Positions 42,491-53,967 of a DNA stretch of 64,000 bases are shown piece after piece. The notes beneath the pieces are model-generated. The model was not told the DNA's origin. It did not search any database and saw only the letters and a program-made list of their open reading frames with translations. Numbering within the stretch: position 1 is the stretch's first letter; each line of letters starts with the position of its first letter. The DNA is from an uncultured Gemmatimonadaceae bacterium (lineage in GTDB: Bacteria; Gemmatimonadota; Gemmatimonadetes; Gemmatimonadales; Gemmatimonadaceae). The DNA lies in NCBI GenBank assembly GCA_963829055.1, contig CAWHHI010000016.1, forward strand, positions 768,001 through 832,000, in the 5' to 3' direction. The position numbers and the translations under genes were made by a program.

Positions 42491-43807
42491 CTACGGGCGG
42501 GCCGCGAGTCGCGTCGGCGACTCGCGATCGAGCACCGCCATCAGTGCGCCGCGCGTACGGAAGAACTCCTCGCGCTCGGACGCCGGCAGCGGCTCGCCGC
42601 CCTTGAGGGCCAGCGCCACGCGGGGATTCTTCTGCACGCCGCCGACGAGTACCTCGAAGTGCAGATGCGGCGCGGTCGCGAGTCCGGTCATGCCGACGAA
42701 TCCGATGGTCTGACCGATGCCGACGCTCGCACCGCGCCTGGTCGTGCGCGCGAAACTGCGCAGGTGCCCGTATCGGCTCACGTACCCGTTGCGGTGTCGG
42801 ACCTCGATGACGTTCCCATAGCCGCCCTTGCGTCCGGCGAAGATGACGACGCCGTCGCCCACCGAACGCACCGGGGTCCCCTGAGACGCCGCGTAGTCGG
42901 TGCCTGCGTGTTGACGCCAGATACCGAGGATCGGGTGCTTTCGCATACCGAAGACGCTCGAGATCCGGCGGAACTCGAGTGGCGCGCGAAGAAATGCGGC
43001 GCGCATCGACTTGCCATCCTGATCGAAGTAGCCCGCGCGGGCGTCTCCCACCTGATGGCGGATAGCGTCCGTCTCGGTACCCGCGACACTGAACGTGGCT
43101 GCCAGGATCGCGCCCATGCGAACCGCGCCCTGCGGCCCTCGCTTTCGCTCGACGAGAACCCGAAACACGTCGTTCGGCTGCAGATCGCGACTCATGTCCA
43201 CGCGGTACTCGTAGATGTCCGCGAGCGCCCATCCCAGCTCCGCGCGTGAGCCGGCAGGGATGTCGCTATCAGCCGCATCGAGCGCGTCGTAGAGTGTCGA
43301 GGTGATCTTGCCGCTGACCGCGACCGTATCGGTGGTCCACGGCAACTTCTCGTCGGTGCTGACCCAGCCTGAGTCCGAACGACGCACCGTGAGGATGCGA
43401 TCGACCGCGAGCTGGAAGATCAGTTCCGACGGGACGGAATCGGAGTCGAGCGTGCGAACGGTGAGCGCCAATCCCGCTGGCGCGCGCCGCTCGTCGAGCG
43501 ATGGCGCGGAGCGGAGGATGTTCGCCGCGTGCTCGCCCCGGATGCCGGCGCGCTCGAGGAGCGCGTTCAGCGTCTCGCCGCGCGCGAGCGTGTCGTGACG
43601 CAGCAGCCAGACGGGCGCTCGTGGCTCGATCGCGAGGACGTTGGCAACGGGCGCGCGTTCGGGAAGCGGTGGCGTGAACGCGACCGCGATCGCGCCCAGC
43701 ACGAGCACGGTCGCGTACGTGACGACGCGCGCGAGGAGAGTGCTCCGCGCGCGCGTGCCGGTCGATGCTGTCGGGGTGCTGGAATTCGTCTTGCCAGTGG
43801 TGCTCAA
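42491..43807 (-). CDS. M23 family peptidoglycan endopeptidase (MepM-like)
   Basis: [36 protein letters not shown]; inferred TTG start at 43807. Confidence 0.9.
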   Translation of the reverse strand: MSTTGKTNSSTPTASTGTRARSTLLARVVTYATVLVLGAIAVAFTPPLPERAPVANVLAIEPRAPVWLLRHDTLARGETLNALLERAGIRGEHAANILRSAPSLDERRAPAGLALTVRTLDSDSVPSELIFQLAVDRILTVRRSDSGWVSTDEKLPWTTDTVAVSGKITSTLYDALDAADSDIPAGSRAELGWALADIYEYRVDMSRDLQPNDVFRVLVERKRGPQGAVRMGAILAATFSVAGTETDAIRHQVGDARAGYFDQDGKSMRAAFLRAPLEFRRISSVFGMRKHPILGIWRQHAGTDYAASQGTPVRSVGDGVVIFAGRKGGYGNVIEVRHRNGYVSRYGHLRSFARTTRRGASVGIGQTIGFVGMTGLATAPHLHFEVLVGGVQKNPRVALALKGGEPLPASEREEFFRTRGALMAVLDRESPTRLAARP

Positions 43808-44998
43808 TCCATTCTGCCTCCGAATGAACGTCGGGATCTCCATATCACTGAGATCCTGATCGCCGCGCTCGGCCGGCGGTACCGGTGCGGGACGTCGCGC
43901 GCTGATGTCCGAGCTCGTGGCCGCGGGCCGCGGCGGCAGGTTGTTCAGACGCGCTGCTGCGGCATTCCGCTGCGCGTGCAGCGGAATGACAGGCGCGCCC
44001 TTGGCGACCATGGTCTCGGCGACAGGCGCTGGCGTGATCACCTTGTCGAAACCCGTGGCAATGACCGTGACGCGAATCTCACCCTGCATCGCCGGCTCGT
44101 GCACGGCACCGAAGATGATCTCGGCGTCGTCGCCGACGGCGTCGTGAATGATCTCGTTGATCTGATGAACTTCGCCAAGCGTTAGGTCCGCGCCGCCCGT
44201 GATGTTCACGAGCACGCCCATCGCGCCGGCAATCGAGACGTTGTCGAGCAACGGGCTCGAGATGGCCTGCTGTGCCGCTTCCATCGCACGGTTGTCGCCG
44301 CGGCCGATGCCCGTGCCCATGAGGGCTGAGCCACCGTTGGACATCACGGTGCGCACATCGGCGAAGTCGACGTTCACGAGGCCAGTGACGCTAATGAGCG
44401 ACGAGATGCCCTGCGTCGCGTGCAGCAGCACTTCATCGGCTTTCTTCAGCGCATCCTGGAACGGGATGCCCTTGCCGACGACGGCGAGCAGGCGCTCGTT
44501 GGGCACGACGATCATCGTGTCCACGTGCTTGCGCATCTCACCGATGCCCTGGTCTGCCTGACGCATCCGCTTGCGTCCCTCGAAGAGGAACGGTCGCGTG
44601 ACGATGCCGACGGTGAGCGCGCCCGCTTCCTTCGCGAGCTCGGCGATCACGGGCGCGGCGCCAGTCCCGGTGCCGCCACCCATGCCGCAGGTGATGAACA
44701 CGAGATCAGCACCTTGCAGACAACGGCCGACTTCGTCGCGATTCTCCTCGATGGCCTGACGGCCGATCTCGGGACGCGCACCAGCGCCGAGTCCGCGGGT
44801 GAGCTTCTTTCCGATCTGGATTTTCACGTCGGACTTGGAGCTCAGCAGCGCCTGCGCATCGGTGTTCACCGAGATGAACTCGACGCCCTCGAGACGCTCC
44901 TCGATCATGCGGTTGACGGCGTTGCCGCCACCACCGCCGACGCCCACGACCTTCATGCGGGCGTTCTGTGTTGCGCTCTCTTCGAACTCGAAGATCAT
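43804..44998 (-). CDS. ftsZ: Cell division protein FtsZ
   Basis: [41 protein letters not shown]; removing one base at 43812-43813 gives RRQMD-stop at 43804. Confidence 0.97.
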
Positions 44999-45137
44999 TG
45001 CGAGCGTGACTCCACTACGACAAAGAGGAACAACAGATCACCCGGGGGATCACTGCGAGAAACAGCAACGGCGAGGCGCTGTAGCGGGAGCTGCACGGTG
45101 CGCGACGGCAGCACCAACGGCGAGAACTTCGGCGTCC

Positions 45138-45146
45138 AATATAGCA
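45138..45146 (-). promoter_or_regulatory. Candidate extended -10 promoter upstream of ftsZ
   Basis: TGCTATATT on the minus strand in an AT-richer patch about 140 bp upstream of the ftsZ ATG. Confidence 0.4.
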
Positions 45147-45215
45147 CGATTTGCACTCCATGCTACGGTGCATGACGAGTGATCGTGCGAAAGATTACAC
45201 TCTTTTTGTATCATG

Positions 45216-45224
45216 TTTTCCACA
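45216..45224 (+). promoter_or_regulatory. Single DnaA-box match
   Basis: TTTTCCACA fits TT(A/T)TNCACA. Confidence 0.35.
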
Positions 45225-45497
45225 CGCGCGAGCGCTCCGAAACGTTTATGACATTCACCAATGAAACGAACCGTCGCGCGTAGTCGCACCGAACGACTAA
45301 AGACGGCAGAGCCGACGACGCGCCGTCACGCGCCATCGAAGGAAGACGCCATGAGTCAGCGATTGCTCTCGCGCATCATGCGCCGATTGTTGCGGCGCCC
45401 CTGATGCATGAACGCCACCATCACAATGTGGATGGTGGCGTCAGATGAACGTCTGAAGCTTCCCGCTGCTTCGTGTTCAGACGGGACTAATTCGTTC

Positions 45498-45538
45498 GTG
45501 TCATTCCGAGGGGAGCCAAGCGAGTCGAGGAATGACAC
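45498..45538. repeat. REP-like hairpin of the GTCATTCCGAG family downstream of ftsA
   Basis: GTGTCATTCC...GGAATGACAC. Confidence 0.75.
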
Positions 45539-45578
45539 CGACTCCCACAAACGCAGATCGAGCTCGGAACAGGACAGC

Positions 45579-46838
45579 TCAGAAGAAATCCTGCAGCCAC
45601 GTCTTCACACGCTGCGCGAGTCGATCCATTCCCGGCGCATTCAACGCGAGTCGCTTTCCACCGACGCCCGCGCCGACGAGTGCGAAACGATGCGCAGCGT
45701 ATTGCGCAAGCCCCGTGACGGTCGCAAATCGAGGTGCTTCTACCGAATCGGCCAGTCCACCGATGTTTTCCGCAGGCACGCCAACACGAACACCAGTGCC
45801 GAAGACATCGCTCGCCAGCTCGACGATGCCCTGCATCGCGGCCGCACCGCCAGTCAGCACGATCCCAGCGCTGAGCTTCCCCGCGTAACCGGCACCAGCA
45901 ATGTCGCGCTGCACGAGATCGAAGATCTCGTCCATGCGCTGATGGATGATGTGCGCGAGCAGCTCGCGTGGAATCTGACGATCGCCCTGCGCGACGGTGC
46001 TCGGAAGCTGGATGACCTCCGACGGATCCACCATCGGCTCGTAAGCGCAGCCATAACGTTCCTTCAGGCGCTCGGCATCCGCCTGCGTGACGCCGAGTCC
46101 GTGCACGATGTCGTTCGTGACGTTGTTGCCGCCGAAGTTCACGGTGCCGAGATGGCGGATCTTCGCCTCGTGAAAGACGGCGATGTCTGTCGTACCTGCA
46201 CCCATCTCGACGAGCGCGACCCCGAGCTCCTTCTCGTCCTCGGTGAGCACCGCGAGCGCGCTCGCGAGCGGCTCGAGCACGAGCTCGCGCACTTTGTAGC
46301 CCGCCTTCTCCACCGCCTTGCGCAGATTCATCGCCGGCGAGCCGCCGATCGTCACGAGGTACATCTCGGTCTCGAGACGCGTGCCGATCATGCCGATAGG
46401 GTCACGGATGCCGTGATTCTTGTCGACCGTGTACTCCTGCGGAATCGCGTGCAGCAGCTCGCGATCCTGCGGTATCGCCTGCGCGCGCGCGACGGCGTTG
46501 GCGCGCTCGACGTCTGCCTTCGTGATCTCATCGCCGTTGATCGCAACGATGCCCTTGCTCGTCATCGCCTGCACATGCTCACCGGCGATCCCCGAGTACA
46601 CCTCGGTGATCTGCGCACCGGCCATGCGCTCGGCGTCGGTCATCGCTTTCTGAATCGAGCGCGTCGTTTCCTCGATGTCCGACACTACTCCCCGGCGAAG
46701 CCCCGTCGTGCGCGCTTGCCCCACCCCAAGAATGCGGATCGAGGGATTTCGCGGGAGATCGCCCACGACTTCCGCGATGACGGCGGTGGTCTTGGCCGAT
46801 CCGATGTCGAGCCCGGCTACGAGTCTTTCGACGTTCAT
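45579..46838 (-). CDS. ftsA: Cell division protein FtsA
   Basis: GLDIGSAK, AERMAG, EMGAGTTD, AERLK, VLTGGAA. Confidence 0.97.
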   Translation of the reverse strand: MNVERLVAGLDIGSAKTTAVIAEVVGDLPRNPSIRILGVGQARTTGLRRGVVSDIEETTRSIQKAMTDAERMAGAQITEVYSGIAGEHVQAMTSKGIVAINGDEITKADVERANAVARAQAIPQDRELLHAIPQEYTVDKNHGIRDPIGMIGTRLETEMYLVTIGGSPAMNLRKAVEKAGYKVRELVLEPLASALAVLTEDEKELGVALVEMGAGTTDIAVFHEAKIRHLGTVNFGGNNVTNDIVHGLGVTQADAERLKERYGCAYEPMVDPSEVIQLPSTVAQGDRQIPRELLAHIIHQRMDEIFDLVQRDIAGAGYAGKLSAGIVLTGGAAAMQGIVELASDVFGTGVRVGVPAENIGGLADSVEAPRFATVTGLAQYAAHRFALVGAGVGGKRLALNAPGMDRLAQRVKTWLQDFF

Positions 46839-47545
46839 TGGAGTCTGGCGATGACCTGGTCACGAAAACGAAGATCGAGCTCTGCGACGCGGGCTTGCCG
46901 CCTGGCCAGATCGGCTTCGACCGGAAATATCTCCGCTAGTCGGTCCGGCGTCACGTCCAACATTGCCCGAACCGGCAAGGCATCGAAATGAATGACGATC
47001 TCTTTCTCCCCCACGCGAGCCACGTCGCTCAGACGAGCGAACACGGACGGTCGTTGCGCTCGCACACGCGCGAGGAATCCGAATAGCGCCGTATCGCGTC
47101 GTGCCGCGATCGGAAGATCGACGGGAACGCGACTCGGGTCGAGGGGAAGTTGGCGACCGCGCTCGTCGAACACCAGAAAGCCGCGTTCGGTCGACACCAT
47201 GGCGATCGGTAGATTCTCCACGACGTTCACAACCAGTGTTCCGGGAAGCTTGCGACTGATCGAGACGGTGCCGACCTGCGGGTGCGCGGCGACGCGCTGC
47301 TCGAGCGGCGTGGGATCATCCCACACGGAGCGCGTCGTGTCCACCCGCAGGCGAGCGAGAATGTCGCTCGGTGCAACGTAGCGTACTCCGACGATCTCCA
47401 CGCGACGCACGCGAAAAAACGACAGCTGCGATGCGATGAGCCGTCCCCACCACGGGCTCGCGAGCACAACGAACGCGGCGAGTCCTATCGCACCGCGTCG
47501 CAGGCGCGCGCGACCGACCTCGGACAGTGGGCTCAGTGGGCTCAT
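46835..47545 (-). CDS. ftsQ: Cell division protein FtsQ/DivIB
   Basis: N-terminal TM, POTRA (VEIVG...HPQV...RKLPGTLVVNVVE), C-terminal LDLRF. Confidence 0.9.
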   Translation of the reverse strand: MSPLSPLSEVGRARLRRGAIGLAAFVVLASPWWGRLIASQLSFFRVRRVEIVGVRYVAPSDILARLRVDTTRSVWDDPTPLEQRVAAHPQVGTVSISRKLPGTLVVNVVENLPIAMVSTERGFLVFDERGRQLPLDPSRVPVDLPIAARRDTALFGFLARVRAQRPSVFARLSDVARVGEKEIVIHFDALPVRAMLDVTPDRLAEIFPVEADLARRQARVAELDLRFRDQVIARLQ

Positions 47546-47575
47546 GACGTGAACCTACGCGTTGCGATCGCCGCG

Positions 47576-48955
47576 TCAGGCGTCGCTCGACAGCGCCTGG
47601 AGCAACTCCGGCCCGGTCCTCGTAATGTCTCCGGCCCCGATAGTCAGCACGACATCGCCACCGCGAACGGTCCGGGCAAGTGCACTGGAAAGCCCACCCC
47701 GCGCGCCCTGCCACTCGACCGAGCCACCTGCCTGACGCGTGGAATCGACGATCAACGCGGCGGTGACGCCCGGAATTGCCTGCTCGCGCGCCGGATAGAT
47801 GTCCGCGACGAACACCGCGTCCGCTGCCGCGAGCGCCTCACCGAACTCGCGCGCGAAGTCCCGCGTGCGCGAGTATAGATGCGGCTGGAACGCAGCCACG
47901 ATTCGACGGCCCGGATATGCCGTTCTCGCAGCCGCCAGCGTGGCGCGAATCTCCGTCGGATGGTGGGCGTAGTCGTCGACGACATCGACACCGGCCGCCA
48001 CGCCGAGCCGCTGAAAACGACGCTCCACGCCGCGGAACGCAGCGAGCCCAGGACGCATCGCCTCGACCGTGACACCAAGCGCGAGCCCGCTCCCGATGGC
48101 GGCCAACGCGTTCAACACGTTATGCAGCCCCGGAACGGAGAGCTCGACTTCGCCGAGCATCTCGTCATCGTACTCGACCTCGAATAGCGAGCCTCCGCCT
48201 TCGGTACGCACGTCCACCGCGAGCAATCGCGCGTCAGTTGAATGCATGCCGTATCGAATCACCTCGGCCGTGCTCGGCATGGCGAGCTTGTTCGCGCCAG
48301 CATCGTCCGCACAGAGGACTATCGTTCGAGCCGGCGATGCGAACCGTTCGAACGTTCGGTGGATGTCCGCGAGGTCGGCGTAAATGTCGAGGTGGTCGGC
48401 TTCGACGTTCGTGACGACCGCGACGGTTGGCGTTAGGGCCAGGAACGACCGGTCGTACTCATCGGCTTCGACGACGAACAACCGGTCCGAGCCGTAGCGC
48501 AGGTTGCCACCCCAGGTCCCGACGCGACCACCCACGACTCCAGTCGGCTCGCGTCCCGCTGCGTCAAGCGCTTCCGTCGTCATCACTGTCGTCGTCGTCT
48601 TGCCGTGCGTGCCGGCGATGGCAACGAGCTCCCCACCACTCACCGCTTCGCCGAGCGCCTCCGCGCGACGGATCACAGGGACGCCGAGCTCGCGCGCGCG
48701 CTGCAACTCAGGGTGGTCCTTCGGCAGCGCCGACGTGACGACGACCGCACGCGCGCCATCGACGTGCAATGGATCGTGGCCGGTGTTTACCCCGATGCCC
48801 AACCGGCCCAGGTCACCTGTTGGGTCTCCCGCGGCATCGCAACCGGTGACGACCGTACCGCGCCGAACGAACAGCTCGGCAAGCGCGCTCATGCCGGCGC
48901 CGGAGATTCCCACGAAGTGAACGGGCCGGCGATCGCCGCTATCGAGGAGAGGCAT
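47576..48955 (-). CDS. murC: UDP-N-acetylmuramate--L-alanine ligase
   Basis: HFVGISGAGMS, GTHGKTTT, EADEYD, DDYAHHPTE, FQPHLYSRT. Confidence 0.97.
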   Translation of the reverse strand: MPLLDSGDRRPVHFVGISGAGMSALAELFVRRGTVVTGCDAAGDPTGDLGRLGIGVNTGHDPLHVDGARAVVVTSALPKDHPELQRARELGVPVIRRAEALGEAVSGGELVAIAGTHGKTTTTVMTTEALDAAGREPTGVVGGRVGTWGGNLRYGSDRLFVVEADEYDRSFLALTPTVAVVTNVEADHLDIYADLADIHRTFERFASPARTIVLCADDAGANKLAMPSTAEVIRYGMHSTDARLLAVDVRTEGGGSLFEVEYDDEMLGEVELSVPGLHNVLNALAAIGSGLALGVTVEAMRPGLAAFRGVERRFQRLGVAAGVDVVDDYAHHPTEIRATLAAARTAYPGRRIVAAFQPHLYSRTRDFAREFGEALAAADAVFVADIYPAREQAIPGVTAALIVDSTRQAGGSVEWQGARGGLSSALARTVRGGDVVLTIGAGDITRTGPELLQALSSDA

Positions 48956-48991
48956 AGTGAGGCACGATGATAGGCGGACGGATGATCGCTC

Positions 48992-50098
48992 TCAAGAGCG
49001 AATCTGCTTGAGATCAACCGCGGTAAGTATACGCCGGGCAATGTCCTCAGCTGCCCGAGGTCGTGCTCTTTCTCGGGCGGCCGTGGCGAGCGTTTCGAGG
49101 GTGCCGGGGCTAGTAGCGAGTTCGCGAACGAGTCCATCGAGTCGTTCAACGCTGAGCTCATCCTGTGGCAGCCATCGTGCTGCGCCGACGGCTGCGAGTG
49201 CTTTTGCATTCACCGTCTGATGGTCGGCGGCCGCGGTCGGAAGAGGCACCAGGATGGGCGGGATGCCCCACGCCGCCAGCTCCGCCGTCGTCATCGCACC
49301 CGAACGCGTAACGGCCATGTCCGAGGCCGCGTACGCATCCGCGATGGGAGCGAGGTATGGACGCACTCGCACGTTGGCGGACTCGCGAGCTGAATGGCGA
49401 TCGAAGTGCGCACGGCCGGTCGCCCAGATGAGCTGGACGCCGTCCGGAATTCCGCGCGCTACCCACGCATCGATGACTCCGTTGAGCGCCGCCGAGCCCT
49501 GGCTTCCGCCGAACACGAGCACGACTGTCGAATCGTCGCGGAGGCCCCAGGCGGCCCGAGCAGGACCCTTCGGCGGCAACGGCGATGGAGGAGGTGCGAT
49601 CGGGTTACCAGTGAACACGGCGCGGGAGCGCGCGCGTTCGGGGAGGAGCGCTCCGCCCTCCGGAAAGCCGAGATAGATCTCGCGTGCATAACGACTGAAG
49701 GACCGCACCGTTCGTCCGGGAAAACTGTTCTGTTCCTGGATGAACAGCGGGATGTCGCGACGCGCGGCAAACGCCATGGTGGCGCCCGCGGCGTAGCCGC
49801 CGGTACCAACCACGAAGCGAGGCGAGCTTTCGCGCGCGAGCGCCGCGATCCGCCCCCACGCCGACACGAGGCCGCGAGCGGTGCGCCAATTCTGCCACGG
49901 CTTCGTGCGATACAGCGGGTGGAGATCGAGAAGCTCGTGCTGGAACTCGGTCGTCGGGAGAACGTCGCGCTCTATTCCCCGGCGGGCGCCGATGAACAGT
50001 GGATCGAGCCGCGGCTCGAGCGCGACCAGCGCACGTGCGATAGCCAGCGCAGGGTAGAGATGACCACCGGTTCCTCCACCCGTGACGAAGATCCTCAC
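48992..50098 (-). CDS. murG: Lipid II GlcNAc transferase MurG
   Basis: TGGGTGGHLYPA, GTGGY, EQN, TGNP, GGSQGS, RSGA, HQTVNA. Confidence 0.97.
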   Translation of the reverse strand: MRIFVTGGGTGGHLYPALAIARALVALEPRLDPLFIGARRGIERDVLPTTEFQHELLDLHPLYRTKPWQNWRTARGLVSAWGRIAALARESSPRFVVGTGGYAAGATMAFAARRDIPLFIQEQNSFPGRTVRSFSRYAREIYLGFPEGGALLPERARSRAVFTGNPIAPPPSPLPPKGPARAAWGLRDDSTVVLVFGGSQGSAALNGVIDAWVARGIPDGVQLIWATGRAHFDRHSARESANVRVRPYLAPIADAYAASDMAVTRSGAMTTAELAAWGIPPILVPLPTAAADHQTVNAKALAAVGAARWLPQDELSVERLDGLVRELATSPGTLETLATAARERARPRAAEDIARRILTAVDLKQIRS

Positions 50099-51267
50099 CA
50101 GGCAGGTGCTGCCAGCGGATCCGTAGCGGCGACGCCGTGCACGCGCTCCTTTGTGCTGCCGATGTTCACGAGCATGCCCGTCATGAACAGCGAGAGGACG
50201 AGGTTCGAGCGCCCATAGGAGATGAATGGGAGCGTGAGCCCCGTCGTTGGGAGGAGCCCAACCACCACTCCTATATGAAGGAAGGCGGTGGTGACGACGG
50301 TGACCGTGAGCCCGATGGCAACGAGCTGCAGAAACGGTGACCGGGCCGACCGCGCGATGCGCAGGCCCAGCCATGCGTAGACGGCGAACGCGAGCGTGAG
50401 CAGCGCGAGACCGAAGAATCCCCACTCCTCGCCAATGTTGCTGCCAATGAAGTCGTTGTAGCCGAACGGCACGAAGCCAAGCTGCTGGCGCCCTTCCCCG
50501 AAGCCACGCCCGAAGAGCCCACCAGACCCGACGGCGATCAGCGACTGCCACAACTGATACTTCGCCGACGGCGGCGGGCTTCCCGGATCGAGGAACGTGA
50601 CCAGCCGCAACAGCACATACTGGAGTCGTTCCATCTCGTGCCAGAGCACCGGGATGCCGATGACGCCGAGCACCACGAAGTGGCCGATGCGCACGCCGCC
50701 AGCGAACAACACGATGCCGGCGACGAGCGTGTACATGATGGCGACGGAGAGATCGGGCTCGAGCACGACGAGCAAGTCGAGCACGCCGATGACCACGAGG
50801 AATGGCAGCAGCCCCTTCGTTAGGCGACGCATCTGGTCACCCTTCTTGACGAGCAGCATCGCCGTCCAGACGATCACCGACAGCTTCCCGATTTCCGACG
50901 GCTGTAGCGAGGTACCGAACAGGAATCGACGCGAACCGTTGATGCGTGGCGCGATCGACGTCGTGAACGGCAGGACGATGATCACGAGAAGCGCGATGGT
51001 CACGGTCATGAACGGCCACGCCCACTTGTTCCAGCGTTCCGCGTCCATCTTGGCGCCGACCGCGAACACCACGGCGCCGATCACCAGTCCGGTCAGCTGA
51101 CGCGTGAGGTAATGCGTGCTGCCCAGATTCTGCTCGACCGCGACGATGGCGCTCGCACTGTAGAGCACCGCAAGCCCGAACGCGAGCAACACCGACGTGA
51201 GCAGCATGAGCGCGCGCGCTTCCACGCCCATGCGCCAACGATCGCGCGTTTGTGCAACGGCAGTCAC
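50095..51267 (-). CDS. ftsW: SEDS family peptidoglycan polymerase FtsW
   Basis: Polytopic; NGSRR, QPSE, EPD, SGGLFG.G.G, PTTGLTLPFISYG. Confidence 0.95.
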   Translation of the reverse strand: MTAVAQTRDRWRMGVEARALMLLTSVLLAFGLAVLYSASAIVAVEQNLGSTHYLTRQLTGLVIGAVVFAVGAKMDAERWNKWAWPFMTVTIALLVIIVLPFTTSIAPRINGSRRFLFGTSLQPSEIGKLSVIVWTAMLLVKKGDQMRRLTKGLLPFLVVIGVLDLLVVLEPDLSVAIMYTLVAGIVLFAGGVRIGHFVVLGVIGIPVLWHEMERLQYVLLRLVTFLDPGSPPPSAKYQLWQSLIAVGSGGLFGRGFGEGRQQLGFVPFGYNDFIGSNIGEEWGFFGLALLTLAFAVYAWLGLRIARSARSPFLQLVAIGLTVTVVTTAFLHIGVVVGLLPTTGLTLPFISYGRSNLVLSLFMTGMLVNIGSTKERVHGVAATDPLAAPAW

Positions 51268-52742
51268 GACTTCCTGTCCTCCACAGCGCCGGCGAGTCGC
51301 TTGAACATCGTGCCGCGCTCCTCGTAGTTCTTGAACATGTCGAAGCTCGAGCAGGCCGGAGAGAGTAGCACGGCGTCGCCTGAAATCGCGAGTGCACGAG
51401 CCCGCTCGACGACCTCCTCGAACGACCGACCCATCTCTTCCGTTCGAACCACTGCCCCAATGTCCTTGACGATGATGGGCGCCGCTTCGCCGTATGCAAT
51501 GACAGCCTTCACGGTACGCCGCATCTCATCCGCGAGGCTGGCGTACGATTCACCCTTGTGACGCCCGCCGAGCAGCAGGATCGTCGGCCGCTGCATGCCG
51601 CGGAGCGCGACGAGGGTCGAGCCGACATTCGTCGCCTTCGAGTCGTTGATCCACTGCACACCGTCGTACTCGCCAGCGAGCTCGAGCCGATGCGGAAGTC
51701 CCTGAAAGCTCCGGAGAGAGTCGGCGAGTCGAGCGCGCGCGTCCGGCGTCTCGTGCGCCGGATCTGCGACCATCACTGACAGCAACGCGAACAGGGCGTT
51801 CGCCACGTTATGATCGCCGATCAGCGGAAGGTCCGCGCGCGCCGCGACCGGCTTGCCTAACACGACGAGCTGACCCTGCTCGCGATCGTACCACGCGCCG
51901 CCTTCACGACGCGTGAGCGACACGGGATACATGTCACCGCGCAGTGCTGCGCGCGCGGTAGTCACGCGCGCCGACGCGTCCTTCGCCGCGCGATCCGGTT
52001 GCACGCGTCGCGCGCCACGAGGCGGCGTCGGCGGGCGCCGCTCGGCGAGGCGCATGACGGAGTCTTCGTCTCCGTTGAGCACCCACTTGGAACGATCGGA
52101 CGCGTTGCGGAAGAGCAGCGCCTTGTCGGCGTAGTACTCGTCGACGCTTGCATACCGATCGAGGTGGTCAGCGCTGAGGTTCGTCACAACACCGACCACC
52201 GGATTGATGCTCGGTGTGTCGTGCAACTGGAACGACGATACTTCGAGCGAGACCCAGTCGGGACGTCGGTCGCGCAGTGCCACTTCGGACAACGGCATGC
52301 CAATGTTGCCCGCGGCGACCGCATCAAGCCCGAGCCCGCGCAGCAAATGCGCGGTCAGCGCGGTCACGGTCGATTTCCCGTTCGTCCCGGTGATTGCGAC
52401 GTAGCGCAGCGCGGGGATGGCGTGCAGCGCGACCTCGATCTCGCCAATGATCGGGAGGCCCGCCTCACGTGCGCGCTGCAGCGGAGCCGCGCTCGGAGGC
52501 ACGCCGGGGCTGGCCACCACCAGCGTCGCGCGCGCAACGCGCTCGACATCATGCGTGCCGACGTCGACTTCGACGCCGAGGGGTCTGAGCAAGGCGGCGC
52601 TCGTCTCGACGCCAGACCCGCTGCCGGCGTCGGATGCGTAAACGCGTGCGCCTTCCTTCGCCAGCAATGTGGAGACGGCAGTTCCGCTCTTACCGAGACC
52701 GATGACGGCGATCTCGCCGATGCGCCAGATGTCGGGAATCAC
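51264..52742 (-). CDS. murD: UDP-MurNAc-L-Ala--D-glutamate ligase
   Basis: [51 protein letters not shown]. Confidence 0.97.
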   Translation of the reverse strand: MIPDIWRIGEIAVIGLGKSGTAVSTLLAKEGARVYASDAGSGSGVETSAALLRPLGVEVDVGTHDVERVARATLVVASPGVPPSAAPLQRAREAGLPIIGEIEVALHAIPALRYVAITGTNGKSTVTALTAHLLRGLGLDAVAAGNIGMPLSEVALRDRRPDWVSLEVSSFQLHDTPSINPVVGVVTNLSADHLDRYASVDEYYADKALLFRNASDRSKWVLNGDEDSVMRLAERRPPTPPRGARRVQPDRAAKDASARVTTARAALRGDMYPVSLTRREGGAWYDREQGQLVVLGKPVAARADLPLIGDHNVANALFALLSVMVADPAHETPDARARLADSLRSFQGLPHRLELAGEYDGVQWINDSKATNVGSTLVALRGMQRPTILLLGGRHKGESYASLADEMRRTVKAVIAYGEAAPIIVKDIGAVVRTEEMGRSFEEVVERARALAISGDAVLLSPACSSFDMFKNYEERGTMFKRLAGAVEDRKS

Positions 52743-53881
52743 CGCAGCTTCAACGTCGTTAGGGCGAAAAACGCGCACAGGATGCCGAGAATCCAGAATC
52801 GTGTCACGACCTGAACCTCGTGCCACCCCTTCAGCTCGAAGTGATGATGCAAGGGCGCGCGCCGGAAGAGGCGGCGGGCCTTCGCGTCCTCCAGGCCATA
52901 ACGATATTTGCGGTACTTGAATACTGACCGCTGCAGGATCACGGACAGCGTCTCGGCCACGAACACTCCGCCGACGATCAGCAGCAGGAACTCCGACTTG
53001 AGCAGGATCGCGACGGCGCCGAGCGCGCCACCGAGCGCCAGTGATCCGGTATCGCCCATGAAGACTTCGGCCGGATGCGAGTTGTACCAGAGGAACCCGA
53101 CACACGCTCCGAACATCGCGGAGCAGAAAATAGTCAGCTCTCCAGCGTTTCGCAGATAGAAAATATTGAGGTACGCGCTCGTATCCACTCGGCCCATCAC
53201 GTACGCGAACACCGCGAACGTCACGGCGGCGATCGCCGCGAGACCCGCGGCGAGTCCATCGAGACCATCCGTGAGATTCACTGCGTTACTCGTGCCCGTG
53301 AGAATGAACGTGACGAACGCGACGTAGAGCCATCCGAGCCAGAGCGTCGCGGGCACGATCAGCATCCATTTATAGAACGGGAGCGTCGTGGACGCGCCCG
53401 GGAGAGTCGAGAGCGGATGCTGCCAGACATAGATGCCGAGCGCGATGCCAGCGCTGACCTGGCCAATGAGCTTGTAGCGCTCGACGAGCCCTTCGTTCTT
53501 CTTCCCTTCCCGCTTCTGCTTGAACTTGAGATAATCGTCGAGGAAACCGATGCCACCCATCCAGGCCATGACGAGCAGAGCGCATAACGCGTAGCGATTG
53601 TCGAGTCGCACCCAGAGCAACGTGGGCACGATCGTCGCCGCGAGGATGATGAGCCCGCCCATGGTGGGCGTGGAGCTCTTGACCTTGTGGGAATCCGGCG
53701 TGCCTTCGCGGACGACCTGATTCATCTGCAGGCGTCTCAGCGCGCGGACGATCATCGGACCGACGATGAACGCGACGAGCAGCGCCGTCACCGCCGCCGC
53801 GGCCGCGCGGAAGGAGATGTAGCGGACGATGCGAAACGCCGAGAAATACTTCGTCAGCGGGATGAGGAGGTAGTAAAGCAA
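52739..53881 (-). CDS. mraY: Phospho-MurNAc-pentapeptide transferase
   Basis: [38 protein letters not shown]. Confidence 0.97.
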   Translation of the reverse strand: MLYYLLIPLTKYFSAFRIVRYISFRAAAAAVTALLVAFIVGPMIVRALRRLQMNQVVREGTPDSHKVKSSTPTMGGLIILAATIVPTLLWVRLDNRYALCALLVMAWMGGIGFLDDYLKFKQKREGKKNEGLVERYKLIGQVSAGIALGIYVWQHPLSTLPGASTTLPFYKWMLIVPATLWLGWLYVAFVTFILTGTSNAVNLTDGLDGLAAGLAAIAAVTFAVFAYVMGRVDTSAYLNIFYLRNAGELTIFCSAMFGACVGFLWYNSHPAEVFMGDTGSLALGGALGAVAILLKSEFLLLIVGGVFVAETLSVILQRSVFKYRKYRYGLEDAKARRLFRRAPLHHHFELKGWHEVQVVTRFWILGILCAFFALTTLKLR

Positions 53882-53899
53882 AGTCTTTCCGGAGAGGGC

Positions 53900-53947
53900 G
53901 CTGGTAGCTGGGTGGTCGTGCTTGTTGCTGGGTGACGCTTGTTGCTT
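53900..53947. repeat. Partial copy of the GCTGGGTGGTCGTGC repeat between murF and mraY
   Basis: GCTGGTAGCTGGGTGGTCGTGCTTGTTGCTGGGTGACGCT. Confidence 0.8.
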
Positions 53948-53967
53948 CGGGCTTGCTGATAGCTACT

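Noticed and set aside
42491..44998. 835-aa FtsZ-M23 peptidase fusion in the ORF track
   Set aside because: Removing one A from CAG-AAT-GGA-TTG-A gives the typical FtsZ end [14 protein letters not shown], overlapping a TTG start for the peptidase; this fits the window-wide indel pattern.
14750..53947. Intergenic repeats as a CRISPR array
   Set aside because: No run of identical 23-47 bp repeats with unique, regularly sized spacers, and no cas genes.
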